Source of the DNA: Malacoraja senta
Taxonomy: Eukaryota
Direction of reading: 5' to 3'
NCBI GenBank assembly: GCA_038087875.1
Contig: CM075998.1
Coordinates: forward strand, 3,784,001 to 3,848,000
Length of the DNA: 64,000 bases
Part shown: positions 1 to 14,600 of the stretch, in pieces
How positions within the stretch are numbered: position 1 is the first letter of the stretch
Layout of the letters: the number at the start of each line of letters is the position of its first letter
Translations under genes and position numbers: made by a program
Notes under the pieces: generated by a model
The model's database searches: none
The model's input: only the letters and a program-made list of their open reading frames with translations
Told to the model about the DNA's origin: nothing

Positions 1-989
1 ATCAAATAGTTTAAATTACTTGTACTTAAAATGATTAACAAAAGATGGGAAGAACTGGTTTCTCCACATACCCTTTGCAATTTGTCATATAATTAATTAC
101 AAACAGAAGCAAAATCAGGATAGGATCAGGTTACCAGTCAGGTAGCAGTATTTTCCCAGTCCAATTAACCACCAAGGCTACACAGTGGATCCACAACTGC
201 TATTTATTCACTTTGTGTTGTATACCATTCGCTCACTTAATTTGAAGGGAAAGCTGGAAAATATAACAAGTGCATTCCATGCCTAGGATCCTGGATGTTT
301 CAACAAAATCTTTCACTATCTGCCTTAATATACTGGCTGCTTGGCTCCGTTCATGTCTAAAACAATAAAAACTAGCCTATTCGACTTGCTAACTACACTT
401 TAAGCAGAGCTTAATTCTTCACATCTCTCAAACCTGGTTTCTGAAAAATATCGCCTGATTTTTTGCAAGTGTTGAGAAATTAATGTATGATGTACTTGTA
501 TGTTTTTGTTGCAATAATGTGCAATTTGGATTTTAAATTAATTTGTATAATTATTTAATGCATATCAAGTACATTAAAAAGTTGTTAAATATTGTATCTT
601 CATAGTTATAGCATTTCATAAAGCAATTCATTGTGTACAAAGCACTTTAAAACATTTAGACATAAGCTGGTTATATAAATGGAGATATTTTAATGAATTT
701 TTGCTCACAATATAGTTCATTTCACCCTCCTGAAACTAGCTGTAAAATACAAGAAATATCTTGTTCCTATGAGATTTTTCAATCAATGTATTGCAAGCAT
801 TATGAATGCAAATAAAGTACAGAACATTCCTTCAATATGCTTAAAATGCTTGTAGTTTCACTTTATTATATGGATGTGAAATGTACATGCTGTGGATTGT
901 TACTTTGACATTACTTGGTTATTTAAACAGAGAAAGTCTTCATCTAACCTACAAATTATTATTTTTTAAAATTTACTTTTGATAATATC

Positions 990-1290
990 AAGTTTAGAAA
1001 GATGAGGGGGAGACCTCTTTGAAACTTACCAAATAGTGAAAGGCCTGGATAGAGTAGATGTGGAGAGGGTGTTTCCACTAGTGGGAGAGTCTAGGACCAG
1101 AAGGCACAGCCTCAGAATAAAAGGAGATGAGGAGGAATTTCTTTAGTCAGAGGATGGTGAATCTGTGGAATTCATTCCACAGACGGCTGTGGAGGCCAAG
1201 TCAATGAATATTTTTTAAGGCAGAGATTGACAGATTCTGGATTAGTACAGGTGTTATGGGGAGAAGGCAGGTTGAGAGGGAAAGATAGCC
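990..1290 (+). mobile_element. CR1 3'-end fragment. Similar pieces at about 9055-9225, 24750-25130, 30080-30590, 46567-46950(-), 53200-53515, 57635-57905, 62075-62428(-), 62850-63192
   Basis: Match to the 3' end of the CR1 at 32560-32960 (gtgaatctgtggaattc, atggggagaaggcagg, gggccgaatggcct). Confidence 0.8.
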
Positions 1291-1329
1291 TTGTTCAATT
1301 TAAGGCTTAAATACCACAAGTCCATGTTA

Positions 1330-2537
1330 AAGTTTGAATATTTTTTAATACATTTATCCAATACAGTTTAATCATGAGTGCCTACTCTCTAATTGACCAA
1401 GATTACATTTCTATAACATGCAAGCTTACATTTTTTATCTTTAGCCACACAAAGCTGCCAGCTTCTTGTACACGGCAGAAAGAAAACAAAGCATCTGGGT
1501 TACAGGAAACATTATGCAGAACACAAACTTGTACTGGTGACAGTTCCAAAGATCTCAGGGTCCTTTTACCGAGGTTGCGCTTCCCAACTTTAAAAGTGGG
1601 CCGTTGATTTTCAGAATTGTCGCTTCGACTTTTAAACAGCAAATTCAAATCAGCAGTGCACTTTAGAAGCTCAAATTATTGGCCAACACTGCTCCCCTTG
1701 GGATCAAAGCACAAAGTGAAATCTGTGATACCGAAAGAGCCAAGAGACTGGCGGAGATAGTGAAACTAAATAATTGAAGTACTCTTCGAGAGATTTGAGC
1801 GAGCAGCCAAAAGCACTGTCACAAACATCGCTTTTGACAGTCTGGGCAAAATCAGATAGCAAAATACGATAATGTGATTGTTCAATAAGTAAGCAGAGCA
1901 GAGGAGAAATAAATGCATCTCCTTCAAATGATTATTATTTGCGCAATTAGACCAAGAAAAATATTTCAGGTGCACTTAGCATGTTATAAAAAGCTCAAGC
2001 TTTCAGACCTCAGTAATTAGCGCAATTAAATCCACTGGGCATGGCATTAATATCCACCAAAATTGCATTTTGTAATAAAACTAAAAGACATTTTATCACT
2101 TAATTTTTCTTGAACAGCAATATGCTTACAATCACTGTGCAGACGTTACTTGCATATGTCTGCCATGGCCAAATCAGCACAGAAATATAGCATGAGATAC
2201 AGTTTGTGATCTTAGTGCCGCTGTCTGATACAGGTCAACACCGAATCATCTTAAATGGTGCTACTTATTGATTGTTTAGATTTTTCTTTGTTTTAATTCT
2301 AAAACACAAAAAGCAATAAAGTATTTTTGTTCACATCTCTTCCCCCTTCTCCACCATCCAATCTGTTTTGTTGCATAAGGCAACAATCCCCCCCCCCCCA
2401 AAAAAAAGTGTTTGAAGAAAATGCTTTTAAAAGATACTACAAGGCTAAGCAATTGCAAAACACCTATTACTTGTCTAAATATATGGCACAGCTAATTGCT
2501 TCTTCCACTGCATGTTCTTGTTCGGGCTTTCATCTAA
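1330..2537 (-). other. DAZAP2: Probable DAZAP2 3' UTR with candidate ATTAAA poly(A) signals at 1367-1372 and 1344-1349
   Basis: About 1.2 kb free of recognisable repeats after the stop, ending at ATTAAA hexamers just before a CR1 fragment. The true end cannot be proven from sequence alone. Confidence 0.45.
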
Positions 2538-2666
2538 TTACCACATAGTGTAACCACCATCAGAACCTCCGGAAACCCAGTTTCCTTTTTTTTGGGATAG
2601 GACGACATTGCCACCCTGCATGGCTGCGAGCTGAGCTGTGCTGGGAGGACAACCAGGTGGTGGTGG
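2538..2666 (-). CDS. DAZAP2: DAZAP2 last coding exon with TAA stop
   Basis: Acceptor ttctcttaatttag; [42 protein letters not shown] (absent from the ORF track). Confidence 0.96.
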   Translation of the reverse strand, partial: PPPPGCPPSTAQLAAMQGGNVVLSQKKGNWVSGGSDGGYTMW

Positions 2667-5600
2667 CTAAATTAAGAGAAAAATAAAATGTGCTTTTTAA
2701 TTTAACCAACATTGTTTAGTATAACCAAATTCTGCCATTAAAAAGCAGACAACCCAACTTAGCTTGCGTACTTTAAGTTCTTCTTTTGTTTTTTTCCCTC
2801 TCCAGTTCATGCCTTTCAAAACATTTGCACACAGACAAGTCCCTTTTATAATAATATTTTGCCTTGAGACAGTTAAGAAATGAGTCGTTTATAGGCGACG
2901 ACGTCTCTTTGCAAGCGCTCGTGGCAGCAAGTTGCAAAGATCCAGTTTTAAAAAACCACAAATCTTTCTTATCTAAATCCTAGATTGCTCAGTCAAAGAA
3001 ACATCCTCCTTGCGTCCAGCTGGTCAAGCCATTTTACCAATTTGTAAGCGTCTATGAGGAAACTGCACATCTGAAACTCAAAAAGCATGGTCCCAATCTC
3101 CTCGTTCTCTCCTTGTATGGAGAACCAGCCCTCCCTAGAGCCAGCCTCCTGAATGGTACCGCATCCACCACCACTGTTGTGGTTGCAGTGTACACCATCC
3201 ACAACATGCACCACTGTTACATGCTCAGACTACTTCCACAGGACCTCCAAACAGGTAACCTCCTCAATGAAGGGCAACACAATCTGTAAGTTCCTCTCCA
3301 AGTTCCACACCCCTCTAACTGGCTACATAATGCCTTGATTGCAGGCTCCAAATCCTGAAACTCCCTATTCAAGAGCATGGTGGAAGAAATGTCACCAGCA
3401 GGGCTGCAACAATTCTTGAAGGCAATTCACTGCTGCATCCTCAAGGACAATTAGCAATGGAGAACAAACAAAGGCCTATTAATGAATAAATAAAAATACT
3501 ATGCAGCAGGTTGCAAACTAGTTTATTCATGTCAAGTCCTATATATTGTCACCAAAAATAATTGTGAAGAAACAAACCACAAGAGTGCAACACAAATGAT
3601 ATTAAACAAGAATTTAGATAAATGGGGGAAACTTTTTAAAAGCACATGTTGCTCAAAAGAAAGGGTCCAAGTCCCAGATATGACGGCTTGCTCATACAAA
3701 ACACTTGTCCATGCCCAGTTTGCATACAGTGTACATTTTTGGCACTGCCACAACACAGGGCGGCACAGCGGTAGAGTTGCTGCCTCACAGCGCCAGAGAC
3801 CCAGGTTCCATCCTGACTACGGGTGCTGTCTGTACAGAGTTTGTACTTTCTCCTCATGTCCTGCGTGGGTTTTCTCAGAGAACTTCGATTTCCTCCCACA
3901 CCCCAAAGATGCACATATTTGTAGGTTAATTGGCTTGGTATAAATGTAAAAACGGTCCCCAGTGTAGGTTAGTGTTGGTGTGCAGGCATCGCTGGTTGGT
4001 GTGGACTCGGTGGGCCGAAGGGCCGGTTTCCGCACTATATCTCTAAACTAAACAGGGTAAACTAAACTAAACTAAAGCAACTAGATCAGCACAGCTGCGC
4101 ATTTAAACAATCAGAAAACATTGCTAGGAGGACTTTACATCGGAAATAAATATGTTGGAGCGAGTTTAAACTATTTAAGATCTTCAAGGGAAAATATAAT
4201 CATTCCAAAGTATCCAGGAAGTTTACAAAACTCTGGGCCAATACAAGGCATATACAGTCAAGTCAGAACTTATCCAAGGAGACCACCAAAATGGATGATG
4301 TTATAATTTTTTTTTTTTAAAGAGGGTAATAAATAATTATCATTAAAAAGCAGAAATAAAGTGGGGCTCAAAACCAGTGAGTGAGCCTAACATAGCTCTC
4401 AGTGACTATGGGCATAGAATGACTTGTGAACTTGCAAGAGATGCAAGATAGCCAGTGTCAAGTATGCATGCTTTTCATGGCCTTAGGAAAATCAAGGGAA
4501 GAATTTCTCAAAGCTTTGCCACACGTTTACTTGCCTCCCTAAAAGTTAATACAACTAGATAGACAGGGAATGGTACAAACTTGCTGCCTAAAACAGACAA
4601 GCTCGGTATTCCTGAGCCCGATTACCTCTTCAAATTTGATACTATGATATTTAAAAAAATTAAAAGCACCAAAAAAAAATCAGGCAACACAGGATGGGTG
4701 CACAGGTTTTGCAAATATATTAATTACTACAGATTAGGATAATTAGTCACCATTATTTGGGAAGTTTAGTTTAGAGATACAGTATGGGAACAGGCCCATC
4801 TGCCCACGACGACCACACTAGCACTATGCTATTCCATTACCTACACATTAGGGGCAATTTTACAGAGGCTAGACCAGTAATGGTACAAACCAGTATGTCT
4901 TTGGGATGTGGGAGGAAACCAGAGCACCCGGAGGAAATCCACGTGGTCACAGGGAGAACACAAACTCCACACAGACAGTACCCAAAGTCAGGATTGAACC
5001 TGGGTCTCTGATGCTGGGAGGCATCAGCCCTACCTGCTGCACTACTGGCATTATATTTGCAGCTGCCTCCGTATCATAATACACAAATGGTAAAGTTACA
5101 AAATCATGCAAAGTGCCTTCAAGCTAAAAACACAGAGAACATTAGGTAGGGTTACAAGTTATACTGTGGTACAATGCCAGCTGCCATTAAACCTACCGGG
5201 AGATTGAGAGTTGCTCCTGTCCCAAATCTGGCACCAGCATCATATCTTCCTTCCGCCATCATGGCAGTTTGTTGGGGGATGATTTGTGGCACGACATAGT
5301 ACCCCACAGGCATGACAGCCCTGCCTCCATTCATTTGTATCGAGGCAGTGACTGGCACATAATAGTCACCTGGACGGCCAGCACTCACGCCAGATGAAGC
5401 CTGGACATATCCTAATTGTTGTTGAGCCTGAGATGCAAACAAATCCAATGACCATTTTATAGTAAAGCGAGAATTTACAATGCAGTTATCCAAAATATAA
5501 AAAATAAATGTAGGGTCTTGTGTAGGAAAGAACTGCAAATGGTGGTTTAAACAGAAGATAGACACAAAATGCTGGAGTAACTCAGCGGGTCAGACAGCAT

Positions 5601-8600
5601 CTCTGGAGAGAAGGAATGGATGACATTTCGGGTAGAGGCAGAGTCTGAAGAAGGGTCTCGACCAGAGACGTCACCCATTCCTTCTCTCCAAAGATGCTGC
5701 CTGTCCTACCGAGTTACTCCAGCATTTTGTGTCTGTCCTATGCAGGGTCGACAATTAAAATGGTAACTTGAAAGTGAGGGAAGAGTTTCAAATTGATTTC
5801 TGCAACACCCCAATATTTGTATTCTTTCCTGTTTCTCTAAAAAAACATTTAGATCTCCTCTGTGCACCCTCTCACCCAGAGAGAGCAACACAACTCGAGG
5901 CAGTTACTTAACTGCATGGCTATCATTCAGCAATGGAGTACTACAAGTATTGACCAGAAAGACCAATAAATCAGATTAAGTATTGCACAGAAAAACAGGA
6001 CAAATAACCATGTAGCAAAGAACCCTTTGAGAAGAGAGATCATAACATGAAGGAACTTTATAATGAACATAATGGAAGTACATAGTTATGACAGGTGAAC
6101 CGGCCAAAGTAGATTAGAAAACTAGGTTCAAAGATTATAACAGGCAATTAAAGAAATAATTAATCACTCACAATATATATTCTTTTAAGGAATGATCATC
6201 TTTGCAATAAAAACCTGTGGCTAACTAAGGTTGTTAAGGATAGGAAGAAACAAATTGCTGGAGTATCTCTGGGGGTTGAGCACCATCTGGAGGCAAAGGG
6301 ATGGTTGACATTTTGAGTCAGGACCAGTGCAGGGACTCAACGCAATATATTGACTATTCCCTCGGCCTCCACAGATTAATTTAAACTACGGACTGCAATT
6401 ATAGATTGATCTCAAAGCAAAAAAACTTGTGCGAAATACAAAATAAACAGAAAATCCCAAAGATCCTCGGGTCAATCAGAGTTAATGATTCACCCTTCAT
6501 CAGATCGTTGATCTGAAACATTAGCTTGGTTTCCATATCCATAGATGCTACCTGCCATGCTGGGTATCTGCAGCATTTTCCATTCATATTTAATTTTAAG
6601 CATTTTTTTTAATGCTCCAAAAAGTAGGGAGTGATGGTTGCAGGGAGTGGAGTGAAGAAATGTGGCATAAAAAGGGACGGTCAGAGCATATGCTCAAATG
6701 GAAAATAATAGCTCAAGAATCATTTCCCATACTCTCCATGTACCTGGAGAAAACAATTCAACACCATCTCAGCACAAAACATATCAAATAAATGATTAAA
6801 TAAAGAAAAATATTGCATGTGACAGAATCCTATTAGAATAAGTGCTCAAGGGCAATGCTCGAAGCCATGAGACAGCCATGAAAAGTAAATAACCTTAATC
6901 ATGTTGGTGCCCAGCAAGCTATTTGTCATTGTTCCTTCGAAAATCTTGCTAAACAGAAGTCTGAAGAAGGGTCTTGACCCGAAACATCACCCATTTCTTC
7001 TCTCCAGAGATGCTGCCTGAGCCGCCCGCTGAGTTACTCCAGCTTTTTGTGTCTACCTTGCTAAACAGAACATTGTGTTCTGCTGGATGTCAATTGCAGG
7101 CTCAAAATAAGAACATTCAACATTTTCACCAATTCAGGCTGTCCCAATGCACTTTTACTAAAAGCTTCTGTCAAAAGAAAATGTTCTGTGTGTCAAGAAT
7201 AAATGTGCGTAATACTGTTGCAGTTCATGTCATTGATGTCAGAAACCTCTACTAAAGACACTACAACATTTTTTTTACAAACTGTCAAGTCTTCCTTACA
7301 TCGCGTTATCTACATGCAGGGAATATCCATCTCACTTTTTGCAAACTTAGCAACATCCTCTGAAGAACTTTAGACAAAGCAAGGGTAACCCTACAAGAAA
7401 AAAAAGCAGTATCCTGTCAAATTGCTCTATCACAGGGAAGCAAGGCTACCCCAAGGAATAATGATGGACGGGGGGGGGGGGGGGGTTCGGAGCTGCTTGA
7501 CCCAGCATCTGTGATAGGGGAAGAAAGAATTGTCAACAATTCATGTTGAAATATCCCGATGCATGGCTTGAAATGTTGCCAATTTTTCTTCCCCCCCTTG
7601 CCCCCAGATGCTGCTCGACCTGCTGAGTGCCCCCAGCAGATTGTTTGCTGAAGCGCAAGAATAGCTTATTCAGTCCATCCTCAGAAATCCGACATCTCTA
7701 TTGCAGCGTCTAACAGAGTTCTGAACTACTCAAATTTGGCCACTAGTCTCCAATCCAAACACTATGCCAAGTATTGAAAAACTTTGTAGAAGATCCCATT
7801 CCTAACGTCAGCCATTAACCAGTTTTTCCAAACCAGTTTGTACTGTTATCCCTTTATCCTGCACTCAAGGTTCAATTTGAAATAGTGCTCAGGATTTACC
7901 TTTACCGTTCCATTTAGCATTGTTGTAATTACCCATCTTATTTAACTCCTTTCAAGAATGAAGAGTCCAAAATTTTCTAAACAGAACCTTAAAACTCAGT
8001 TAGACACAAAATGCTGGGGTAACTCAGTGGAACAGGCAACATCACTGGATAGAAGGAATGGGTGATGTTTCGGGTCGAGAACCTTCTTCAGACTCCTGCA
8101 GTCTGAAGGGCCTCAATCTGAAACATCACCCATTCCTCCTATCCAGAGTTACCCCGGCATTTTGTGTCTATCTTTGGTGTAAACCAGCATCTGCAGGTCC
8201 TTCCTTCACATAAAACTCAGTTCTTGGACACGAACCAAGTGAAGTGAAGACTCAATCTGACACAGAAAAAGATCAACTTCTCACCTCTCCGTGAATGCTC
8301 CGAATGAGCGTGTTTGAGAAGGGCAACTGATCACTTTGAGAGGTATAAACATGTACTTGCTTCTGTAGCAATTTCAACAGGGAATTAATTTGCAGACTGG
8401 AGGGACCAATTAAGAAAGGAATTGCTCACCACCAACATTTTTGCCCAAGAGCAAAATACCTGCTTGCAGGAGAAGGGCTGGCTTAATGCAATAAACAATT
8501 CCAAAGGTTAAGGCTGAATCATTTAATATTTCCTCAATACACCCAATTTTTTTCCCCTCTCCCTCAAGAGAAAGAAACTTCCAAGGAAAATCAAGCACAC

Positions 8601-11600
8601 AAATTCTTTTAAAAAAAGCATTATAATTCCCCAGTTTAGGACACACCATTCTTATCCAGAGGAGATTGGTCAAAAGCTCTGGAGCCATGTCCTTGCTTGT
8701 GCAGAAACAACCTAGATTACAAAAGGCTAACATGGCCACTAAAATGCTTCTGCCTATTAATCAATGGCGCTTATTTAAGCAGTTTATATTGTGATACAAA
8801 CAAATTGCAGTGTATCCAAAAACAATTTACTGTACAACATGATCACTTCTAGTCAACAATGTCAATGCTGAACAAAGATCCCCTACATATTTCCACAATT
8901 ACCTTTCCAGCACTTACACCTCTCATATGGAGAGTATAACAGTAATATCGTACCAATCCAACAATCCCACCAGTGTTATAAACAAGTTTGCCGACTGCTA
9001 CACCTCCCTTGACAATAAAAAACCCATGGAGTTGTGGATATAGTCCAGTCCACAACTGATATATTCAAGAGAGTTAGATATAGCTCTAAGGGCTAACGGA
9101 ATCAAGGGATATGGGGAGAAGGCAGGAACGGGGTACTGATTCTGGATGATCAGCCATGAGCATATTGAATGGTGGTGCTGGTTCGAAGGGCCGAATGGCC
9201 TACTCCTGCACCTATTTTCTGTTTCTATTACACAGTCCAGACCCCCCACCATGGACTCCATCTATACTTCGGGAAAGCAGCCAACAGAACCAAAGACTTG
9301 TCTCGCCCGGTCATTCCTTCTTCCCCCCCCCACTCCAATGGGGCAGAAGATACAAAAGCTTGAAAGCATGCACCACCAGACACAGGAACATCTGCTTCCT
9401 CTCTGTTCAGGGTTTTGAACAGTCCTTCCACAACCTAGGGTGCAGTCCCAATTCTCCAACCTATTCCATTGTGGAGATTGCACTTTGTCTGTGAAACTGT
9501 TATGCTACAATGCTGGGAATTATATTCTGCACGTCATCTTCCCCTCTGCTCCATATATTGCTCTTGAGTTTGGCTCGATTAAACTTATATAGTATTATCT
9601 GTTGGAAATTCTGCTGAACCTGAAAGTTAATTAGGGATTGGGTGGGGGCAAGAGTGCTTGAGTCTACATCTATTGGTGAGGTTTTATTCTCGGCCTTTAG
9701 AAGAATGAATTTTGCTTGCATAGGGGGGATTTTGAATATGACTGTACAAATGGACCAAGTCTTAGGAACAGGGGTGGAGGGGAAAAATTGGTGGCAATTA
9801 CCTATATATGGGTAGAAGCAGGCATTTAAAACTGGATGTGGAGATGGTTCAGAGATATACACACACATGACAATTTAGACCATTATAGTCCCTCATTCCC
9901 CAATTGATCTGTACTGATTATGTGAGTTTTAACATATCACTCCCATGGTTGTTATTGCCACAGGCCAATGATTCCTCAAGTCCCATTCCTGGTCCAAAAT
10001 TTAACCTTTAGTCAAGTCCCCCACAATTTAGTCTTGATCCTTCTAGTTGGAAAGAGAGCAGTTAACTTTCTAAATCAAACTATGATTCACCATATCATTG
10101 GTTAAAGATAGCTGGAGGAGTATAGCTGAGTGTAATAGCATTCAGAGTATATATAGTGAAAAGAGCTAGAATTTACATTAAAAAATGTCATCCCCACGAA
10201 AACCAAATGCAAATTAAGTCACTCACCTGCAGATAAGCTGGAGATGGGCCAGAATAAGGTGGTGGCTGAGGATAATGGGCAGCAGCAACATAATGGGGTG
10301 GCACTGCCATTGCCTGTCTTGGATAACTTGGTTGCTGAGAACCTGAACCTAAACGAAAATGGAGAGGGGAAGAAAAAACATTTACAGTGGTTGGCAACCA
10401 GGAGCCCCTACCCGTTTCAGAACTCTGTTGTTGGGCACATGACTGCTTGTAAATAGGGTCTGAATGCTGGAAGACGATGTAGACATTGGTTCACTTATCT
10501 GCCAGTTAATTTGGAGGATTTAAGACACTTGTTCATCGTATCACTCTAATAACTCAAAGTCTCAAAGATAGAGGGGTCACTCCAGCCCACTGTCACATTT
10601 ATGGTATTCAAACAATTTATTCCTCAGGTGGTCAAAGGTTGTGCTGGCATGCAGAAGATTGTGAATTTCACTGTTCAGGTATGCCTTGGCCAGAGATATG
10701 GGAAGATGCCCATATTTTCCAGAGTCCCATTGTTGTCCTTTGATGCCAGAGGGCAGTATAGTTCAGGACAGCTTGGCAGGAGACCTTTGTTTTGCAGATG
10801 TTGATTGCAAGGACCATACTTTGTATACTTCAATAAATGAGCTGACTATGGCTTGGAGCTCAGCATCTGAATACATGTACAGTGCCCTTCATAATGTTTG
10901 GGACAAAGACCCATCATTTATTAATTTGCCACTGTACTCCACAACGAGATTTGCAATAGAAAAAAAAATCACATGGTTAAAGTGCACATTTTCAGATTTT
11001 AATAAAGGCCATTTTTAAACATTTTGGTTTCACCATGTAGAAATTACATCAGTGTTTAGACATAGCTCCCCCCCATCTCAGGGCACCATAATGTTTGGGA
11101 CACAGCAATGTCATGTGAATGAAAGTAGTCATTTTAGTATTTTGTTGCATATCCTTTGCATGCAATGACTGCTTGAAGTCTGCGATTCATGGACATCACC
11201 AGTTGCTGGGTGTCTTCTCTGATAATGCTCTGCCAGGCCTGTATTGCAGCCATCTTTAGCTTATGCTTGTTTTGGGGGCTAGTCCCCTTCAGTTTTCTCT
11301 TCAGCATATAAAAGGCATGCTCAATTGGGTTCAGATCGGGTGATTGACATGGCCACTCAAGAATTGACCATTTTTGAGCTTTGAAAAACTCCTTTGTTGC
11401 TTTAGCAGTATGTTTGGGATCATTGTCTTGCTGTAGAATGAACTGCCGGTCAATGCGTTTTGAGCAGATAGGATGTGTCTAAACACTTCAGAATTCATTA
11501 TGCTACTACCATCAGCAGTTGTATCATCAATGAAGCTAAGTGAGCCAGTACCTTCAGCAGCCATACATGCCCAGGACATAACACCCCCACCACTGTGTTT

Positions 11601-14600
11601 CACAGATGAGGTGGTGTGCTTTGGATCTTGGGCAGTTCCTTCTCTTCTCCATACTTTGCTCTTGCCATCACTCCGATATAAGTTAATCTTCGTCTCATCT
11701 GTCCACAAGACCTTTTTCCAGAACTGTGGTTGCTCTTTTAAGTACTTCTTGGCAAACTGTAACCTGGCCATCCTATTTTTGCAGCTAACCAGTGGTTTGC
11801 ATCTTGCAGTGTAGCCTCTGTATTTCTGTTCATGAATTCTTCTGCGGACAGTGGTCATTGACAAGTCTACACCTGACTCCTGAAGAGTGTTTCTGATCTG
11901 TCGGACCGGTGTTTGGGGATTTTTCTTTATTATAGAGAGAATTCTTCTGTCATCAGCTGTGGAGGTCTTCCTTGGCCTGCCAGTCCCTTTGTGATTAGTA
12001 AGCTCACCAGTGCTCTCTTTCTTCTTAATGATGTTCAGTAGATTTTGGTAAGCTTAAGGTTTGACTGATATCTCTAACAGTTTTATTCTTGTTTCTCAGT
12101 CTCATAAATGGCTTCGTTGACTTTCATTGGCGCAACTTTGGTCCTCATGTTGATAAACAGCAATAAAAGTTTCCAAAGGTGATGGAAAGACTGGAGGAAA
12201 GACTAGGTGCTGAGAGCTCTCTTATACCCGCATTAAGGAGGCAATTAAACACACCTGAGCAATTACAAACACCTGTGAAGCCATGTATCCCAAACATTAT
12301 GGTGCCCTGAAATGGGGGGAACTATGGATAAACATAGCTGTAATTTCTACATGGTGAAACCAAAATGTGTAAAAATATCCTTTAATAAAATCAGACAATG
12401 TGCACTTTAACCACATGTGATTTTTCTATTACAAATCTCAAATTGTGGAGTACAGAGGCAAAAAAATAAATGATGGATCTCTGTGCTAAACATTATGGAG
12501 GGCACTGTATATGCAAGCATTGTCTGCATTCTGCATATCCACTACTCAGTTGGGGATGACCTTGGTTCTGGTGGGGAACAGTTTCCTGCCTGTCCTGTAG
12601 ATTAGTTTCACTCCAGCAGGAAGCTTGTTGGAGACAAGGCCAAGAAGCATTTGAAAAACGTGTTGGAGCATTGACACAGCTTTGTATGACACCAGTTTGC
12701 ACCAAGTTTTAGTTATTTACGGCAAATCTAATATAAGGCACTAACCAGCGAGATGTTCTGTTACATGGTTCCTTCATTCTGGATTTCCCAAGTTTAAAAA
12801 AACACAATTTCCTAGCTATTCAGTCAGGTCTGAACAGAAAGTGAAACTATAAGGCCTGGCCACTGAAGGGAGTTGATGCAATTAGTTATGCTCAGAAAAA
12901 AAATGGAGCACCAATTAATGAAAAATACATCATTTTCAACTAGTATGTAATATTCCCAGATCAAGTACAGCATGTTGCAGTGTGCAAAATCAAACTTCCA
13001 CCACTTTGCTCCAATAAAAGGGGATTAATTTTGTGTTGTATAAATGCAAAATGTTTAGATTCAGTTAACCATTTTGCTTTACACACCACACAGAGGTAAA
13101 AATCAGCCCCAATCTCAAAGTAGCAATGCCTTTTGTACCAATGCAATATTTACTCTTCTCCAATTAGCCATCCCTATAATCAGAGCAAGATTAATGTATT
13201 TTAGAATCAAGTTAGAGAGAAAAGGAGGCAGCATCAAGCTGTGGAGTGGCACTACAACAGGCAATCCCACTTGAGAGGTCATGGATGATTTTTCCAGATG
13301 TGCCATGTAGAGCAAGATGGTAAAATGGATTTTCATAAACAGTTTGCCTTTATTATACAGGACAAAATGAATCTCACATTATTGGAGCAGGGTAGAGGAA
13401 TCTTTACTCAGGGCAGAATCCATACAAGCCCTCCTGCCAGCAAAGAGAGCAAACTGTTAACTTTTCTACCTAAGCAGAATTGAAACCAAGACCACAATCT
13501 GCAGATCAGTTCATACAATTCACCCATACACACTCCTTTATTCACAAAGATACACAAAGTGCTGGGGTATCTCAGCACGTCAGGCAGCATCTCTGGAGGA
13601 TATGGATACGTGATGTTTCAGGTCAGGACCCTTCTTCAGACCAGTCTACTCGTCACCTTTAATATTTTCAATTTTGTGCTACACTGTGCTTTGTTTTTCA
13701 CCACTTTTCAAGCCCAAGGTCAAATCCTTCAAAACTAAATGCTGCAGTCACATCCCAGCAGGTTCTCCTGTCCTTTGATTATAGAAAGCAGATTGCAAAC
13801 TTCCTATTTGAAAATTGATTCTTCCTTCATGAAGAAACGTTGTCTTTCATTTCATACTTGCTCATCCTACCATGGTTATTGCTCTTAAGTTTGTCTTTTC
13901 AAAAATAAATTCTTCCATCCTGTATCCTCCCCATGATCAGAGCAAGATGTCACATGTAATTCCATTTCTAGAAGCTCAAAACTCTGACGTCATCATTTCC
14001 CGCAGCATGTTGTGCCACAAGACATCTTGTTTTTGTTTCCTTGCAATGTACCCAATTATGGGCACATTGCAAAATCATGGATTTACAAAGAGGAAATCAT
14101 GCTTGACTAATCTGGAATTTTTTGAGGATGTAACTAGGAAAATGGACAAGGGAGAGCCAGTGGATGTAGTGTACCTGGACTTTCAGAAAGTATTTGATAC
14201 GGTCCACATAGGAGATTAGTGGGAAAAATTAGAGTATATGGTATTGGGGGTAGGGTACTGACATGTATAGAAAATTGGTTGGCAGACAGGAAACAAAGGG
14301 TAGGGATTATCAGGTCCCTTCCAGAATGGCAGGCAGTGACTAGTGGGGTACCACAAGGCTCGGTGCTCGGACCGCAGCTATTTACAATATACAGCTATTT
14401 ACAATATACAATGATTTAGATGAAGGGATTCAAAGTAACATTAGCAAATTTGCAGTTGACACAAAGCTGGATGGCAATGTGAACTGTGAGGAGGATGCTA
14501 TGAGGGTGCAGGGTGATTTGGACAGCTTGGGTGAGTGGGCGGATGCATGGCAGATGCAGTTTAATGTGGTTAAATGTGAGGTTATCCACTTTGGTGGCAA

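Noticed and set aside
1..990. Possible 3' end of a convergent neighbouring gene (AATAAA at 364 and 811 on +)
   Set aside because: AT-rich sequence with no coding exon visible; hexamers alone are not evidence.
3758..3830. tRNA gene
   Set aside because: tRNA-like head of a multi-copy SINE; no intact cloverleaf.
5152..5196. Open frame continuing past the DAZAP2 exon 3 donor ([14 protein letters not shown])
   Set aside because: Short read-through into an intron is expected by chance; no transcript evidence.
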